NCBI GenBank assembly: GCA_964016885.1
Contig: OZ024743.1
Coordinates: 290,904,001-290,968,000, forward strand
Reading direction: 5' to 3'
DNA length: 64,000 nt
From: Eledone cirrhosa
Lineage: Eukaryota
Under the pieces are notes generated by a model. It was not told the DNA's origin, ran no database searches, and saw only the letters and a program-made list of their open reading frames with translations. This document shows, piece after piece, positions 26,572 through 41,778 of the stretch. The translations under genes were made by a program, and so were the position numbers. Numbering within the stretch: the stretch's first letter is position 1; every line of letters begins with the position of its first letter.

Positions 26572-29500
26572 AGAAACGGAATAAATATATTTTGGCTTGT
26601 CTGAATTTTCAATGATTATTATAGACGTATAACCTCTCTAGTTTCCACAGCGTGTTTCTCTGACATATACTTCTCATATGACTTAAGGCAGTGCGATTAT
26701 GGTTTAAGAGACTTGCTTGAAATGTAGAATTGTTGCATGGATAAAAAATGAATCATGTTGATTTTGAAACATATTTTAACCATTTAGTCAAAATAAATGG
26801 ACACGTGAAGTGATACATATCCAATATTTAACAAACTATTTCTCCAATTTTTCATATAAAAGTGATTTTTAGCAATCGGGGCCAATTCATTAATAATAGT
26901 TATATGTATTGTTTATTACATCCCATATTTGTAGTGAATACTATATTTGAATTATGGGTTGGATATAATTATTATTTGGAAATTAGCCAATTTTCTCTCA
27001 TTTGGCCTATCGTTTTCAACATACAAATATTTTGCATGTGTAACGTTCTAAACATGACCACGGGGATTGGATTCTGAAAGAGAATGATAGCCACGTAGCA
27101 CGTGTCTGTTCCAAGACAACTGTAATTTGAACTGAGATTGTACAGATCTAATCGAAATATTCATTACGTACATAATTTTGTTGATCATTAAAAATGTATT
27201 GTATCAAAAACTGATATTATTATATCGACCCCTGTTATAAATCCACCCGATAGACGAAAATTAACGTTTATGAAATATAGTACATTTGATAATTAAATAT
27301 CTTAAGACAGTGTTTTCCTCTGGAATACTGTTTTACCATCCTAAATTCTTGACAGATGCAATTAAAATACTTTTCGATCATGACTTAATTCTAAACAATT
27401 ATGAGAAGAAATGTATATCCGAAGTCGTCAGAAAAGTTTAAAAGAAAATTTGATTAGTTTAAAGGATATATTAAAGTCATATAAATTATTGAAGATTGAG
27501 GAATATAACCGAATAGTCATTCACTTGTTTTCTGGCTCTGAGTCAATTGGGTCTACATTGTTACTGACCCATCACTGATGAATGAAAACCATATTGTTTA
27601 ACACAAAAATATTGCATTTCAATATACGAACGAACGGTTTGATTTTGTTAGATTTCAACGATACTTTGTATTATTTATCACCAAATAACTAGTAATGAGG
27701 AAGTCATATATCGCCCCACTTAATATTTTTTTATTTCAAAAATATATTCTGTATCCTCATTTTTCAATATGACTTTCTAATTTGGTTTCAATGCTTGAAT
27801 AATACATGGCAGATACATATATTTATTAACCATGCTTATAGTACGGAACCTATGACAAAAGACTAACTGATCATTATTGGCCTTTCGATATATTATAAAT
27901 GTATATTATAGTAACTGTACAACACCTTTCGACTCGTATCGATACGTTTCTACACAAGTGAGTTCGAAATTTTATCCAGTATGAATAACCGGATTTGAGG
28001 TGTCGCATAAACGATTAGTGCAATTCATTGATTATGTAGTTGAGTGTCATTAGAATATGTCCTAGGTTCGGCTGAAAATTACATAGGCTGATCAGGATTC
28101 TCACATGCAATGACTAAATCAGGTTTATTTTTCAATATAGTCTCTGGAAAGAAACAATAGTAGTACCGCTCTAAAGTGGTACTAGTATTTTTCACTTAAA
28201 AAAATACTTTTTATTTCATGCTGAGCTGATATGAAAATATAAAACGTTTGCATACTATATCCAATCTTGCTTGCGGTGATCTATGGTATGTTACATAGCG
28301 ACTAATGGCTGGACGTGAAAAGCAATTATAGTAAATCCTCACATCAAAGAATTAGGATCTAACGTTTATAGATGTCACCAATCAACTCTAGATTTCTTTA
28401 CCGATATTGAACATAGCGAAAATTATACTTAAAAAATAACAATATTAAAAGAAACAATAAATCTTCATAGAGAAAGAATCTAAAGAACGACGAAACAAAG
28501 TAAAATCGCATAATTGAATATAAACGTTGGTGATAGACGCCGAAGGTATAAAAGGGAATTATTTGAAGATATGAAAAGGAGAATAACATAAATCTAACAT
28601 CTAATAAAAATGCTCACTCGATAAATCTGCAGAAAATACTGTATTGGCTGAATACATATTAATGTTAAGTCCTTTTTCGTTCAAATGCAACCAATCTTCT
28701 GTCGAAAATAGATAAGGACATCAAAGAGGATAGATGACTGATCGAAATTTTACTTCTATTATAAGTTGAAATTTAACTATAAGATGATCATTGGAAATAT
28801 TCTCTTCATTTCTTTACAATATATTATATTTACTGAGATGGTAAGCATTGTTCACTAATCTTAATATTTATATCTATATTTAAATTGATTTCAAAATTTG
28901 CGTATTATTATTACTATTTTCCATAATGCCTGATTACTTTCTCAAAGTATTTATTTAACACACACACATACACACATACACACGTACACACATGCACGCA
29001 TACACACTTACTCACACCTACACGCACGCCCACGCGCCCGTACACACACACACGCACGCACGCGCACACACACACACACACTCACACGGTGTCAGAGAAT
29101 GTAATATATTTAAGGAAATACGTAAGCATAAATCACGTAAGACTGAACAAATTCAATATCTGCAACATCACATTAAAATCAGTTTAAAAAAGAATACAAT
29201 TCCGTAGGTGGACGAGTGGTACAGCTGCCAGGTGTATAACTGTAAGTTTTTAAACGGCACACGATGTACAGTTTTCAATCGCCGATAAAAAAGAATTCTC
29301 TTTTTAGTTCTTCCCATTCTAGTTTGAAGAAGTCTGGCTTCCCTTTGCGTCGATCGTTCGTTACTAGCGTCCTTCTGGATATAACAAAACGAGTTGATTT
29401 GGGGCTAAAGATGTATAATTTTAAACGAAATGTGTTTGCACAAACGGTGTCGCACCAGAGACAGGGCTCGCGTTAATGATATATAAAATTGGTATGTCTG

Positions 29501-30226
29501 TGCCAAAATACCTTATGTTTCTTCTTTTTACGTTAATTTCAATAAAGAATATTGTAGTGCAAATATTGTTAATGGTTTTTTAATGGTTAGTAACCTTTCA
29601 TGAAGGTTATAATTTATATTATCGGATAATGTATCTATCAGGAATTCTGCCCATTTCGAAATTATGCTTATAAATATTTACTATAAGTAGGCGCTGAAAA
29701 GATTCTAAATCTGAAAGAAAGTGATGACTCAAAAACGGTGGGATCCCCTAGATTAGATGAATCAGTTACTTTAAAAACAATGTCCTTAGAGATGGCACTC
29801 GGTATTGAATAGTGGATTTAATTAATAACCCATATTCTAAGATAATTGGATAGCTTTCTGCATTGACATCACAGAGTAGCATTATCTGGTAAAAGCATTT
29901 TCGATGTTATAGCTTTCCTACATACAGGAACACTATATTATATTAGCATATTTGTCATGTTAAATGAGTTGTCAAGCAGATAGTTTCACGGATATTTTAG
30001 TTACAAGGAGAACGCTGTATTATCTCCACTGGTATTGCAAGAGAGTCTACCTCTAGCCCTTTCTATATAATGACTTTAACCTTGATGATGATAATTACAG
30101 TACATTTCAGGGTATACAATATGGATATAGTTCTACAAATTCTGATATGAAATTTTATTTCTTCTTTATTTCGTCATTCATATTCATACTTCTTATAATT
30201 GATATGATTGATATTATTAACTCTTA

Positions 30227-30434
30227 GTGGATTGGCAGTATCGTTTGCGCATCAGATAACATGGTTTGCATCATAGATCTACGCCCCTTTACGTTCTCAG
30301 CTCAAATATCGCCAACGTTAGTTTACGTTACGCACTAACGAAAAGATGTAATACGTGAACTCACTGGGGTCGATTTAATTGAATTTTCTTCTTGCGTCCA
30401 AATTGGTGGCCTTGTTCCCAAAGTAGGAACAATT
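30227..30434 (+). mobile_element. Older, diverged SINE copy (long-tail variant)
   Basis: GTGGATTGGCAGTATCG head. Tail CACTGGGGTCGATTTAATTGA..GGCCTTGTTCCCAAAGTAGGAACAATTA. Confidence 0.7.
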
Positions 30435-30914
30435 ATAAACTACTACTACTGCCAGCATCAAGACCGCCATCACTAATACTAGTATCAATGCTATTCCTGA
30501 TATTACTCGATGATAGTGTCTATATGCTAAAAAGCTGCCGTATCGTTAACACCCAAAGCAAATTAAATGAACCATATTTTATCAGTGTATGAGTTTATAT
30601 CATGGAATATCACTCTGTAATATTGTTTGAAACTATAAGAGAACCTGATAATATATGCATTGTGTTAGCAACTGACTGCACATGTGTGAGGTAAGAGAGC
30701 GAGAGAAAGAGAGAGAGAGTCTAGGTAACATTGTGTCTGATTAAGTAAATGTTAGAAGCATATCTGTGTATGTATTTCTGTGAGATCGGAGGTAGTGTGG
30801 GGACATGTTATCAATATCATAAAAGTTTGGAGATAAGTATATGTTAACCAATACACATTAATCAAAAATGCAATTATTTCTGTGGTTTCGTGTCAAATTG
30901 TGTTCTTATTTACT

Positions 30915-30990
<76 letters not shown>

Positions 30991-31006
30991 CACACACACA
31001 TATATA

Positions 31007-31106
<100 letters not shown>

Positions 31107-31139
31107 TATATATATATATATACACACACCACACACACA

Positions 31140-31245
<106 letters not shown>

Positions 31246-31318
31246 TAGATAGATTAATATACATGCATATGTACATAAAATTATTTATAAATATATATAT
31301 ACAGTCTATATATGTATA

Positions 31319-31351
<33 letters not shown>

Positions 31352-31358
31352 GTATGTA

Positions 31359-31392
<34 letters not shown>

Positions 31393-31439
31393 AACATACA
31401 TACATATATATATATGTATATATATAGATACATACATAC

Positions 31440-31514
<75 letters not shown>

Positions 31515-31633
31515 TAGAGAGAGAGAGAGATACATATATATATATATGTATGTATCTCTCTCTCTATATATATATAGAGAGAGATAAATATACATGCATA
31601 TGTACATAAAATTATTTATAAATATATATACAG

Positions 31634-31701
<68 letters not shown>

Positions 31702-32530
31702 TGTGTGTGTGTGTGCGCGCGCGTCTCTACGTGTGTATGACAGCATTTTTGTCTTTATTCCAAATTTACATGTCACAATGTCACAATTACAATTCATCAA
31801 TATATTTTATTTGTCTGCCATAGAATTTCTGTGCAAACAACAATTTTATTCTGACTTTTATAGCTATGTTAGAGCAACCGTGCTTACCGAGCCGCTTAGA
31901 ACTCACTCTTGTCAATTTACAATTACTTTCGAGCTCCGTAATCAATGTTAGTATATGTATTATATTTCTAGTGCACCAATTGTTACCGTCATATTTGTAA
32001 AAGTAGGAATATTGTTATTGTCATGTAGTGTTTACTCTAAGTGCTGTTGTTTTATTAATGTAAAGGAATGTATATATAGAAAGACGGTGAATTAGAGTAA
32101 TCGTTTCGATTCGCAATTATATCAAAGAATATATTTGTCTATTGTTATCTGATGGTTACTGAAATGTTGTTATTAGGAGGTAAAGCGTATGTATACATTC
32201 CATTAAGCATTATGAACGTAGAAGTTTCGATTCACAGTTACAGCAATTCTACATATATATTTTTCTCTACACTCAATAGAATCAAATGATGATCCGTTAT
32301 TTTATCTTGAATTCCAAGAGATTGACATCAGTAAGCTAAATCGGAGAGCGGGCGAAATCCTAGTTAATACAGAAACCTTATCATTGGAAGTGGTAATTCC
32401 ACAGCACATTTTGATTGACGAATAAATTCAAGATTTCCTAAAACACCTGGAGTATGTTGGACATATTAGGTTGTCAATTTCATCTTCTACTGTCCTTCAC
32501 TATCTATTATTGAAGTATCTATAACTTATA

Positions 32531-32803
<273 letters not shown>

Positions 32804-32991
32804 GTGTGCGTGTATATAGGCTATCTGTACATAAATCGCAAAAGGATATCAATCTAGTACATGAGAACTTATTTACTTTATATACATTTTTATGCATTGC
32901 TGGCATTAACAGGACACCGAAACCTAAGGTCACGCATGAATGAATTTTGATATGAACAGACTGTCTCTCTCGCCCTCCCCTTCCTCTCTCA

Positions 32992-33067
<76 letters not shown>

Positions 33068-33073
<6 letters not shown>

Positions 33074-33347
33074 TGCCATTACATGTAAAGGATGCAATGA
33101 AGATTATATAGGACAAACTAAACTCACACTCAGAAACAGAATGACAGTTCATCGCCAACAATTACGAGATCCAACCACGAGACAGATACCACTAAGTGCA
33201 TATCTAGACATATGCGCAAGTAGTAAGACACCCAAAATCCAAGTCTTCCCAATTTATCTTTGCGCTGACAATACAACAAAACAAATACGAATAAATAACG
33301 AAAATATGTTTATTCAAAAATATACACCATCATTAAATATAGTTTAA
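33068..33347 (+). pseudogene. PLE GIY-YIG endonuclease fragment (5'-truncated element, 3' UTR to ~34280)
   Basis: INAITCKGCNEDYIGQT..LRNRMTVHRQQ..E..FIQKYTPSLN. Begins at (TA)n. Confidence 0.8.
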
Positions 33348-33692
33348 TATACATTATGTCACCACCATACCATGCTAACCACCCAAACAGACACATACAT
33401 AAACACACACATAACACCTTCTACTTTAGAAAATCAAAACCAGAACTAAATAAACCTTAACATACGTTAATACTCTAACACATGCTACCCCCCCCCCCCC
33501 ACACACGACTCCCTCCCCCATTTCTACTAACGGAATCATTCTCTTACACACACACACAAATATATATATATATTCACTCCATCTTAACATACTAACTATA
33601 CTCCCACACACACATACACACACACATAACACGCATACACACACACACACAACTACCCCCCCCCCCCCATTTCTACTAATGGAATCATCTTC

Positions 33693-33745
<53 letters not shown>

Positions 33746-34273
33746 AGCCCACAAATAAACATACATATCTCTACTTGCTTTATTTCAATAGAATGTCTGA
33801 GTTCTGACACCCCAGCCATATTCAGTGAACCAGAACAATTCTCCCCATCCCGTTTTTCTTGCCCATTATCTTTTGTTTGGCACAACGTTCTCTAAAAGGC
33901 TGCAAAACAAATTCCCCAAAACAGGCGCGATTTAATGTATTTGTTCACGTGAGTCATAATTTCATTTATAACCAATCAAATTACATTTATAAAAAAAAGC
34001 CTACGCGAGCCATCTTATTTTAAGTAAAAAGAAATCAAAACACAAACTGCTGCGAAAGCTGATGTTCTTATTCACGTGACTACATCTACCAACCAAACTT
34101 CACTCATATATGAAAAACAACGTGAGCCCGCCCACACCCTTTTTTCTTTGAAGGCAAATATAATAAGAACTCTGTAACGCGAACTGGCGATGATCCGTCT
34201 ATCTGGCATCAACTGTTACATTGTTTGAAGTCAACATTAAGGAGATAAGACAATACGAGAATGCGTTGGTGTT

Positions 34274-34316
<43 letters not shown>

Positions 34317-34584
34317 GGAGAGAGAATTAATACATCTACCAACATATGCGTACAGATGTACACTAATACTAGTAAATATATAAGTTATGTCAAAGTACCT
34401 AGGTGGTTCAATGCAGGGGGATGCAGAACAATAATATGAAAGACGCCTTTCATATATATATATATATATATTCATTAGTTAAGCAAAACAAGACCACAAA
34501 TCTCACAAGGAAGACATTATTAAAAGATTGTCAACATATTTTAGTTTGATGTAAGGAATGTAGAGAATAATAATGATAATAATA

Positions 34585-34768
34585 ATTGTTTCTACTTTAG
34601 GCACAAGGCCAGCAATTATCCAGTACATTACTGGTACTTTATTTTATAGACCCCGTAAGGATGAAAGGCAAAGTCAACCTCGGCGGGATTTGAACTCAGA
34701 TCGTAAAGGGACGTAACTATGCTGGAAAGCATGGCGTCCGACCCTCTACCGATACTGCCAATCCACCG
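34585..34768 (-). mobile_element. SINE inserted into the (AAT)n tract of the PLE pseudo-LTR
   Basis: Full SINE. It is absent from the inverted copy of the same pLTR at ~37170-37200. Confidence 0.9.
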
Positions 34769-34775
34769 AATGTCC

Positions 34776-34896
34776 GTTTACAATTGTTTCGCTACTCCAT
34801 ATAATATTTCTGGATCAGATGACTATGTATCATAATTGATCTGGTTCAGTTGAAAATAATTAGCATATTTAACAAAACAGAGTGGCTCATCGGAAC
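34776..34896 (-). ncRNA. Hammerhead-like ribozyme with CCGAUGA core and long stem II
   Basis: Minus strand reads GTT-CCGATGA-GCCACTCT...GGAGTAGC-GAAA-CAATTG-TA-AAC. A second copy at 37043-37163 (+) has ACGATGA. Confidence 0.6.
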
Positions 34897-36932
34897 TCAA
34901 ACGAATATAAATTAAGATAACGTTACATAATATAATGTTCCATATATTGGTTTTTACTATGGTGCCTTGGTTGCATCAGCTGTCAGCCATAATGAAGCAG
35001 TACTCGTCTGTCGAGGCTGCATTGTGTGAGATCTGCCTATGGGTAACAAGATGGCAGCCAAAGGGCATATTTACCTTACTAATTAGAGGGTGGTTCCAGG
35101 GAACCAACTTCTCGAGAGATTAGAGATTGTGTGTATTTTATAGTTATGTGCTAGTATTTAAATTATTTAATTGAGGGACAATGTAGGCGAGGTAACTTAT
35201 AATTATCGAGTTGTTCATAGCAATTTAACTTATTAGCTACAATTAGAGATGGGGCTACATGACTAAGTTGGGTCAAAAGCTCTATTGGCGAAGGAATTAG
35301 CCCTTCGATATTGACAGCTAATGGTTACCTCCGTTCTATCGTTAATTGGTAGAGGTCGTGATAGAGTTATGTAATATGCTTCCGTAACACAGAGATCACA
35401 AGATTTCCTTCGGCCATTGAACGTTTGGGCCCTAGCTACGATATCCCATTTTAGTGAGTGTTGAACTTTGTTTAATTTAAGGTTTTTAATGAGCCTAGCT
35501 AGCGATGTCGAACATCTGTTGCTAGGGTCTCGGAAGGAAAAAGAGTGCGCCATATAGCGTACGTTAAAAGGATTAGAGGTAGACCCGATATAAGAGCTGG
35601 TATTCGAAGCAGTCTCAACTGTGCACCTATAGACTATGTTGGGTGTCAGGCAGTGTCCATTTAATGGGCATGCATTGGGGTACCGGCAGTTGCAGTTGCT
35701 TCTGCGGTTAGTGAGGGTAGGGTTGTTTAACCTAAGCAGTTGGTCCGTGCTAGAAGGATTAGATGGGGGAGGTGTGCTACTAGAGTAATTATTGGTGTAG
35801 TGGCGTGGTGTATTTGATAGGGGTGGTGGTACCGCGGTGTGGGAGTTATACTGCCTTAGCTTATGTCTTGGCCGGTGATGGACCACAACTTGTAGGTGGT
35901 ATCATCCCGTAGCCCAGGGATTATCCTATCAAGGATGTTCTTACTGATGCGGCCCAGGTCAGATGTGGTTGGGCTTATGAGTCTAATGGATGGGTTCTCT
36001 ATAAAGTTTGGCTTGTGGTCCTTGAGAGAGAATCTTGGGGTTGTTGTTACATAAGAGTGGGTAAATATATCCAAATGCAAGTCCTTAACCAAAGCCTGGG
36101 CTTTTCGGTTAAGTATGTTTACACTGGAGGGTGTAGTTTTTTTAATAGTTTTTGTTGAGTTCTTTAAGAAGGAAAGAGTTGTAAATTTCAGAAGTCATGG
36201 TGTATAGATTTTTGGTTTTGTCAGACATAACATGTAAGAGGTTGCTATCCTTAAATTTTTTATAGTTGTTGCTAATGTAGTGACAAAGTTATTCCTGTGT
36301 CTATAATGATTTTTGAACTTAATGCTCATGATGAAATTGAATAGATCTTTCTCAAAAGGATCCAGCAGGATGTTGTGTGGGGGGTTCTTGCATGTGGCAA
36401 ATCCATATCTATTTGCTGTACTTCCGGCGTCAGCAGCAACCGCACGGTCAAAGGGGTACGCTTTCCATCTTATTCTTCAGATGAAAGAGTTGACACTCTG
36501 TGTTAATAGTTTGAGGTATGTCTTTCTGTCCGGAATAGGTATGGACTTAAGTGAGATTCTGAGTTCCTGTTTGCTCAATATGGTTACTTCTAACAGTAAA
36601 TAGCTCAACTACGGGAGCTCAGGTATACACAGTTCAAGAGTAACCAATCTTAAAGAGAGAGATGGAGATAGTAGAGGAGATATGAGAGAAAAAATTGGTG
36701 AGTTAGTTAGAAGCCAAAGCGTAAAGGCATGTGCCCTATGTGCAATATGCAGTAGAAAGCAGCTAGGTGGCTGGGTTGATGCAGAGGTTAGGTGCGCAGA
36801 ACTGGAAATATTCATTAGTTAAGCAAAACAAGACCACAAATTTCAAAAGGAAGACATTATTAAAAGATTGTCAACATATTTTAGTTTGATGTAAGGAATG
36901 TTGAGAATAATAATAATAATAATAATAATATT

Positions 36933-37475
36933 AGAGTACTGCTTGATTATGGCTGACAGCTGATGCAACCAAGGCACCATAGTAAAAACCAATATATGAA
37001 ATATTATATTATGTAACATTATCTTAATTTATATTCCTTTGAGTTACGATGAGCCACTCTGTTTTTTTAAATATGTTAATTATTTTCAACTGAACCAGAT
37101 CAATTATGATACATAGTCATCTGATCCAGAAATATTATATGGAGTAGCGAAACAATTGTAAACGGACATTATTATTATTAATATTATTATTATTATTATT
37201 ATTCTCTACATTCCTTACATCAAACTAAAATATGTTGACAATCTTTTAATAATATCTTCCTTGGGAAATTTGTGGTCTTGTTTTGCTTAACCAATGAATA
37301 TTTCCAGCTCTGCGCACCTAACCTCTGCATCAACCCAGCCAGCTAGCTGCTTTCTACTGCATATTGCACATTGAGCACATGCCTTACGCTTTGGCTTCTA
37401 ACTAACTCACCAATCTTTTGTCTCATATCTCCTCTACTATCTCCATCTCTCTCTTTAAGATTGGTTACTCTTGAA

Positions 37476-37482
<7 letters not shown>
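36933..37482 (+). mobile_element. Inverted partial copy of the 34472-36930 PLE
   Basis: Reverse complement of ~35005-34472 (without the SINE), continuing into the reverse complement of 36810-36625. Ends at (TA)n. Confidence 0.88.
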
Positions 37483-37512
<30 letters not shown>

Positions 37513-37859
37513 CTATAGACAAAACTATAACCCTACTAAATAAAACATGAGTGGCCCCTAACACTAGACAGGACGTGATCTATAGTTCACAACCTACTCA
37601 GAACCTATTACCAAACCACAGATCGATCCCAACCCACACAGAACTTGTTCCTAACCCGCACAAAGGAATAACATTTACAACCCGGACCATCAACAAACCG
37701 AACGTAAGTACGTCCGAAACTTCTATACAAGACCAAAAAATAACAGGGTAAATGCTTTTAGATACAGTAATACCTATGAAGTAAAAAATTAGAAAGATAA
37801 TTTTTTAGACCAAGGCTAGATGATCAACGACACCCAGTAGAACAAACCGATTCTCAAAA

Positions 37860-38525
37860 ACCGAAAATAATCAATCTTTCAAATAAATAAATTCTCAACC
37901 CAACGAATTAAAATTTTCTGAAAAGGACTGAAATTCACACCAATACCAGAATACTCTTACCTCCATGAGATAAACGAAACTATTTCACACTTCTGTAGAA
38001 AATTACTTTTAACAGAGGAATGTTTTGACAAGAAGAATAGTGATGACGCAATTGTACGGAATAAAAGTACCTTCAAACCCCAAAAAAGCAGGCACATTGT
38101 TTTAGACAACTAATGTGACCACATATCAACTTTCCCATACTATGAACTACCATAATTTAAACCCAATCCCAACACGAGTTGAAGGGAATGGGAGATTATC
38201 CATGAATTAAAGCAATACTGACATTATAATTAAGGACGAGGATAAAGGAAGCACTTTCGTAATTATGGATCCTCAAGCTGCGTAAACATACAACACCCAA
38301 CTGTCCTTCAATTAAGACCAATTGTAGCGGGCCCACAACGCGAAATACATAGACTAAGAAACTTTATAGATATACTATTAAAACCAATTCTTTCCAAACC
38401 TTGTAATAGACGACCTGGACCTCTTAAACCACCTTCCCAAACATATCAACAACGACACTATTATTGTGTCATTCGATGTACTGAACCCCTACACGATGAT
38501 ACCGCACCAATATAGACTAGAACAT
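37860..38525 (+). pseudogene. Decayed PLE RT N-terminal half
   Basis: [65 protein letters not shown], with stops and frameshifts. Confidence 0.8.
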
Positions 38526-38711
38526 TGAACACCAACACACCAACACCGTCGCCTAGAGATAGACCTCTGTCGAAAACATCTCACTGCTAAGACAATTGAT
38601 AGATGCTTCGACGGTGATTGTATTGAATAACAAAAATAAAAAGCAATACCCCATACGCAAACATATATATATATATATATATACATACATATATGTGTAT
38701 GTGTATGTGTG

Positions 38712-38851
<140 letters not shown>

Positions 38852-39831
38852 AAATATATATATGTGTATATATATATGTATGTATGTACACGTATGTGTG
38901 GGTGTATGCATGTATGTGTGTGTATATATATATATATATATGGGTGTATATATATGTGGGTTGTTATATGTGTGTATATGTGTGTTTAAGTATGTAATAT
39001 ATATGGACTGTAAATATATTTACATATAGGGAAGTGAATATTGTAGCTACCCCCCACCCCGCGCCCACACACACACACTTTCTCTCCCAAACCAATATTA
39101 ACAACATACTTTTTTGACAAACTATCCTTCTTTATTTCTATTTTTACTGTGATCCCATTCTTATCAAAAGACATGTATCTTACACCTTATTAAAACCCAC
39201 CACCACCACCACCCTACACGCACCTAAATTAATCTTTGATATAGAAATTTGTTGAAGATATTCTTAATAAATTTAAGAGAGTTAATTCAGCTATAAGAAA
39301 CGAATTTGAAAAAACAACCTGCTATTATATATTCATTAAAGGTAATCTATTGAAATAATACCAGTAGGCGATGTTTACGACAACGTTCTCAAACAGCCTT
39401 ATCTTCATGTCAACCTCACCATTTTCTGAGTGTATATATGTATGTGTGTATGTGGAGGGAGGTTCGTGCGTGTATGTGTGTGTATGCTTTAATTCCTTCA
39501 AATCTTCACCAACACTCATTAACACCACACCCCACACCCAGACACGTCCAAATCTCTATTATATATAGTCACACATTACAACACAGCCTGATCACAGTTT
39601 GACAATCGCAACGACGAATGTGAGAAAATTCTCCAACAAAGTTAACTAGGCATCTTTAAAATTATTTCCACCGAAGTTAACAAAAAAACTTACTAGATCT
39701 ACCAACTCAATATTATAATATAAAATTAAATCAAATTTTTAACACTACATATGCAGTTATTCTTTTCCTGTTTTATACCTAACTGTACCAAGGATCTCAG
39801 TCATTTTCCAATATATATATATATATATGGT

Positions 39832-39871
<40 letters not shown>

Positions 39872-41048
39872 GTGAGAGAGATACGCGTGTGTGTGTGCAC
39901 GCATATGTTATTATGTGTGCGCAAAAAATTGTTGCAGAACGCACATTCGTTTCAATTGTGTCTCGGTATAAGCCATTTTGATAATTGGAAATTAAGTGAT
40001 ACAGAACTAAATAATAGAATAAAATAAAACAATACAATAATTAACATCAAACATTTAAAATAAATGGATGAAAATGAATTAAGAATAATAGTTGTAGAGA
40101 TATCAGAGAAGCAATGTCAGTATTTTCTGTTTAGAAAGATCAAATAATATAAAGTACCAATATATCAATATATTGTTTTTGTTTTAATGTTAGTGAAGAT
40201 CTTGTGAGAATGTTATTAATAACGTGTAATAATTTTCCATTATTTTGTTTATAAGACCAATATATGTTTGATTAAATAATATCTAGCAATTACATATCTT
40301 CGACATCTAATTTCATATTTATCTTGAATCATCTATGCGAGTTTGCTCACACACGTACCAACCATAACATGAAGTCAATTTATACCACTGATCATTTGAC
40401 AGGGTAGCTACATCTGACGAAGGAAACAGGAGAAGTATAGAGATTGAGTAGACAATTTAGGATGAAAATTGATTACGCTACTTTGTTCCTTTTGTAACTG
40501 AGACTCATATTTTAACATATATTTACTCTCATATATGCCGTTCACAACTATTTTGAAACGTTTTAATCGTCGAAAAGAAATAGCAATGCTTAAATATTTT
40601 TTTTATTAGATATAAACCTGATAATATTATATTTATTGCTTGTTCCTTCAAGTTCCGAGTTAACGCAAACTACGTTGTCCTCGAGATATGAAACGACAGG
40701 ACTAATTAAAATAATATATGTATTCTCATGGTTTGCTTTTTATTTTGCACTAAAATTATCAGATACTTTTTTGAACAATCAATTTGTGATACTTTTCTGA
40801 ACAAATATAATTCCCTATATTGAGAAACAATTCATACTAAAAATAAGAAAACAATAGCATAAAATTTAATGTCAAGATCAGACATAGAAATTACTGGTGT
40901 ATTAAAATATATGTGTACATTGATGAAGATATGTTCGTTTATATATCGCGAAACATACACTTATGTATATATAATTGAGAGTATGAACACACACACACAC
41001 TCAAACACACACACAAACATGACCACAAACACACACCCGTACACCCCC

Positions 41049-41122
<74 letters not shown>

Positions 41123-41656
41123 GGAAGCTATTGAATAAGAACAGCAGAGCTTCTGTCGTTTTCTGACACACTCAATTTAATTAAGTGAATATCATTAAGA
41201 CACAAACCCAAGAAAATTAGAATAAGTTCTTATACGTTAAATACTGAGAAAAACGATTTCATGTGGGTAGACAATTTGCTTTTCCTGCCACGGACCAATG
41301 CATTAGTTTCTGCGACTCTATTTACTAGCGGCAGTCAATATGGAGCTATTGTGTGCAGAAATTAGACAGTTTTAAACGTTACGTAAGTCGCTAGAATCTC
41401 AACTTCAGAGGGGATTAGCCTCCTTGAAACGGATAGATATTCACCTCACTACTCCTATGCACATCTGCCATTCTAGTAGTAGCCTCCACGTTCAGAGACA
41501 AGTGACTTTACACCAAAGAAGAAGTAATCTAGTCCCGACCGTTCGCAGTGAACACGTTGCCACAAATTCCATAGAGAAAATATTGACATAGTTGCAAACA
41601 CACACACACACACACGTACACACACACACACACACACACACGTACACACACACACA

Positions 41657-41691
<35 letters not shown>

Positions 41692-41715
41692 GCGTACACA
41701 CACACACACACACAT

Positions 41716-41774
<59 letters not shown>

Positions 41775-41778
<4 letters not shown>

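Larger units (their letters stand above)
34472..36930 (-). mobile_element. Internally deleted PLE (same clade as 55984-58425) with direct pseudo-LTR ends
   Basis: Pieces ISLKSIPIP, RIRWKAY, LKDHKPNF..PSIRLISPT, CNCRYPNACPLNGHC..YIGST..CDLC. The RT core is missing. 34472-34585 is repeated at 36811-36930. Confidence 0.88.

Noticed and set aside
40410-40512. CTGACGA followed by a long stem (AGGAAACA/TGTTCCT)
   Set aside because: The GAAA box reads GTAA and stem I is poor. Too degenerate to support.
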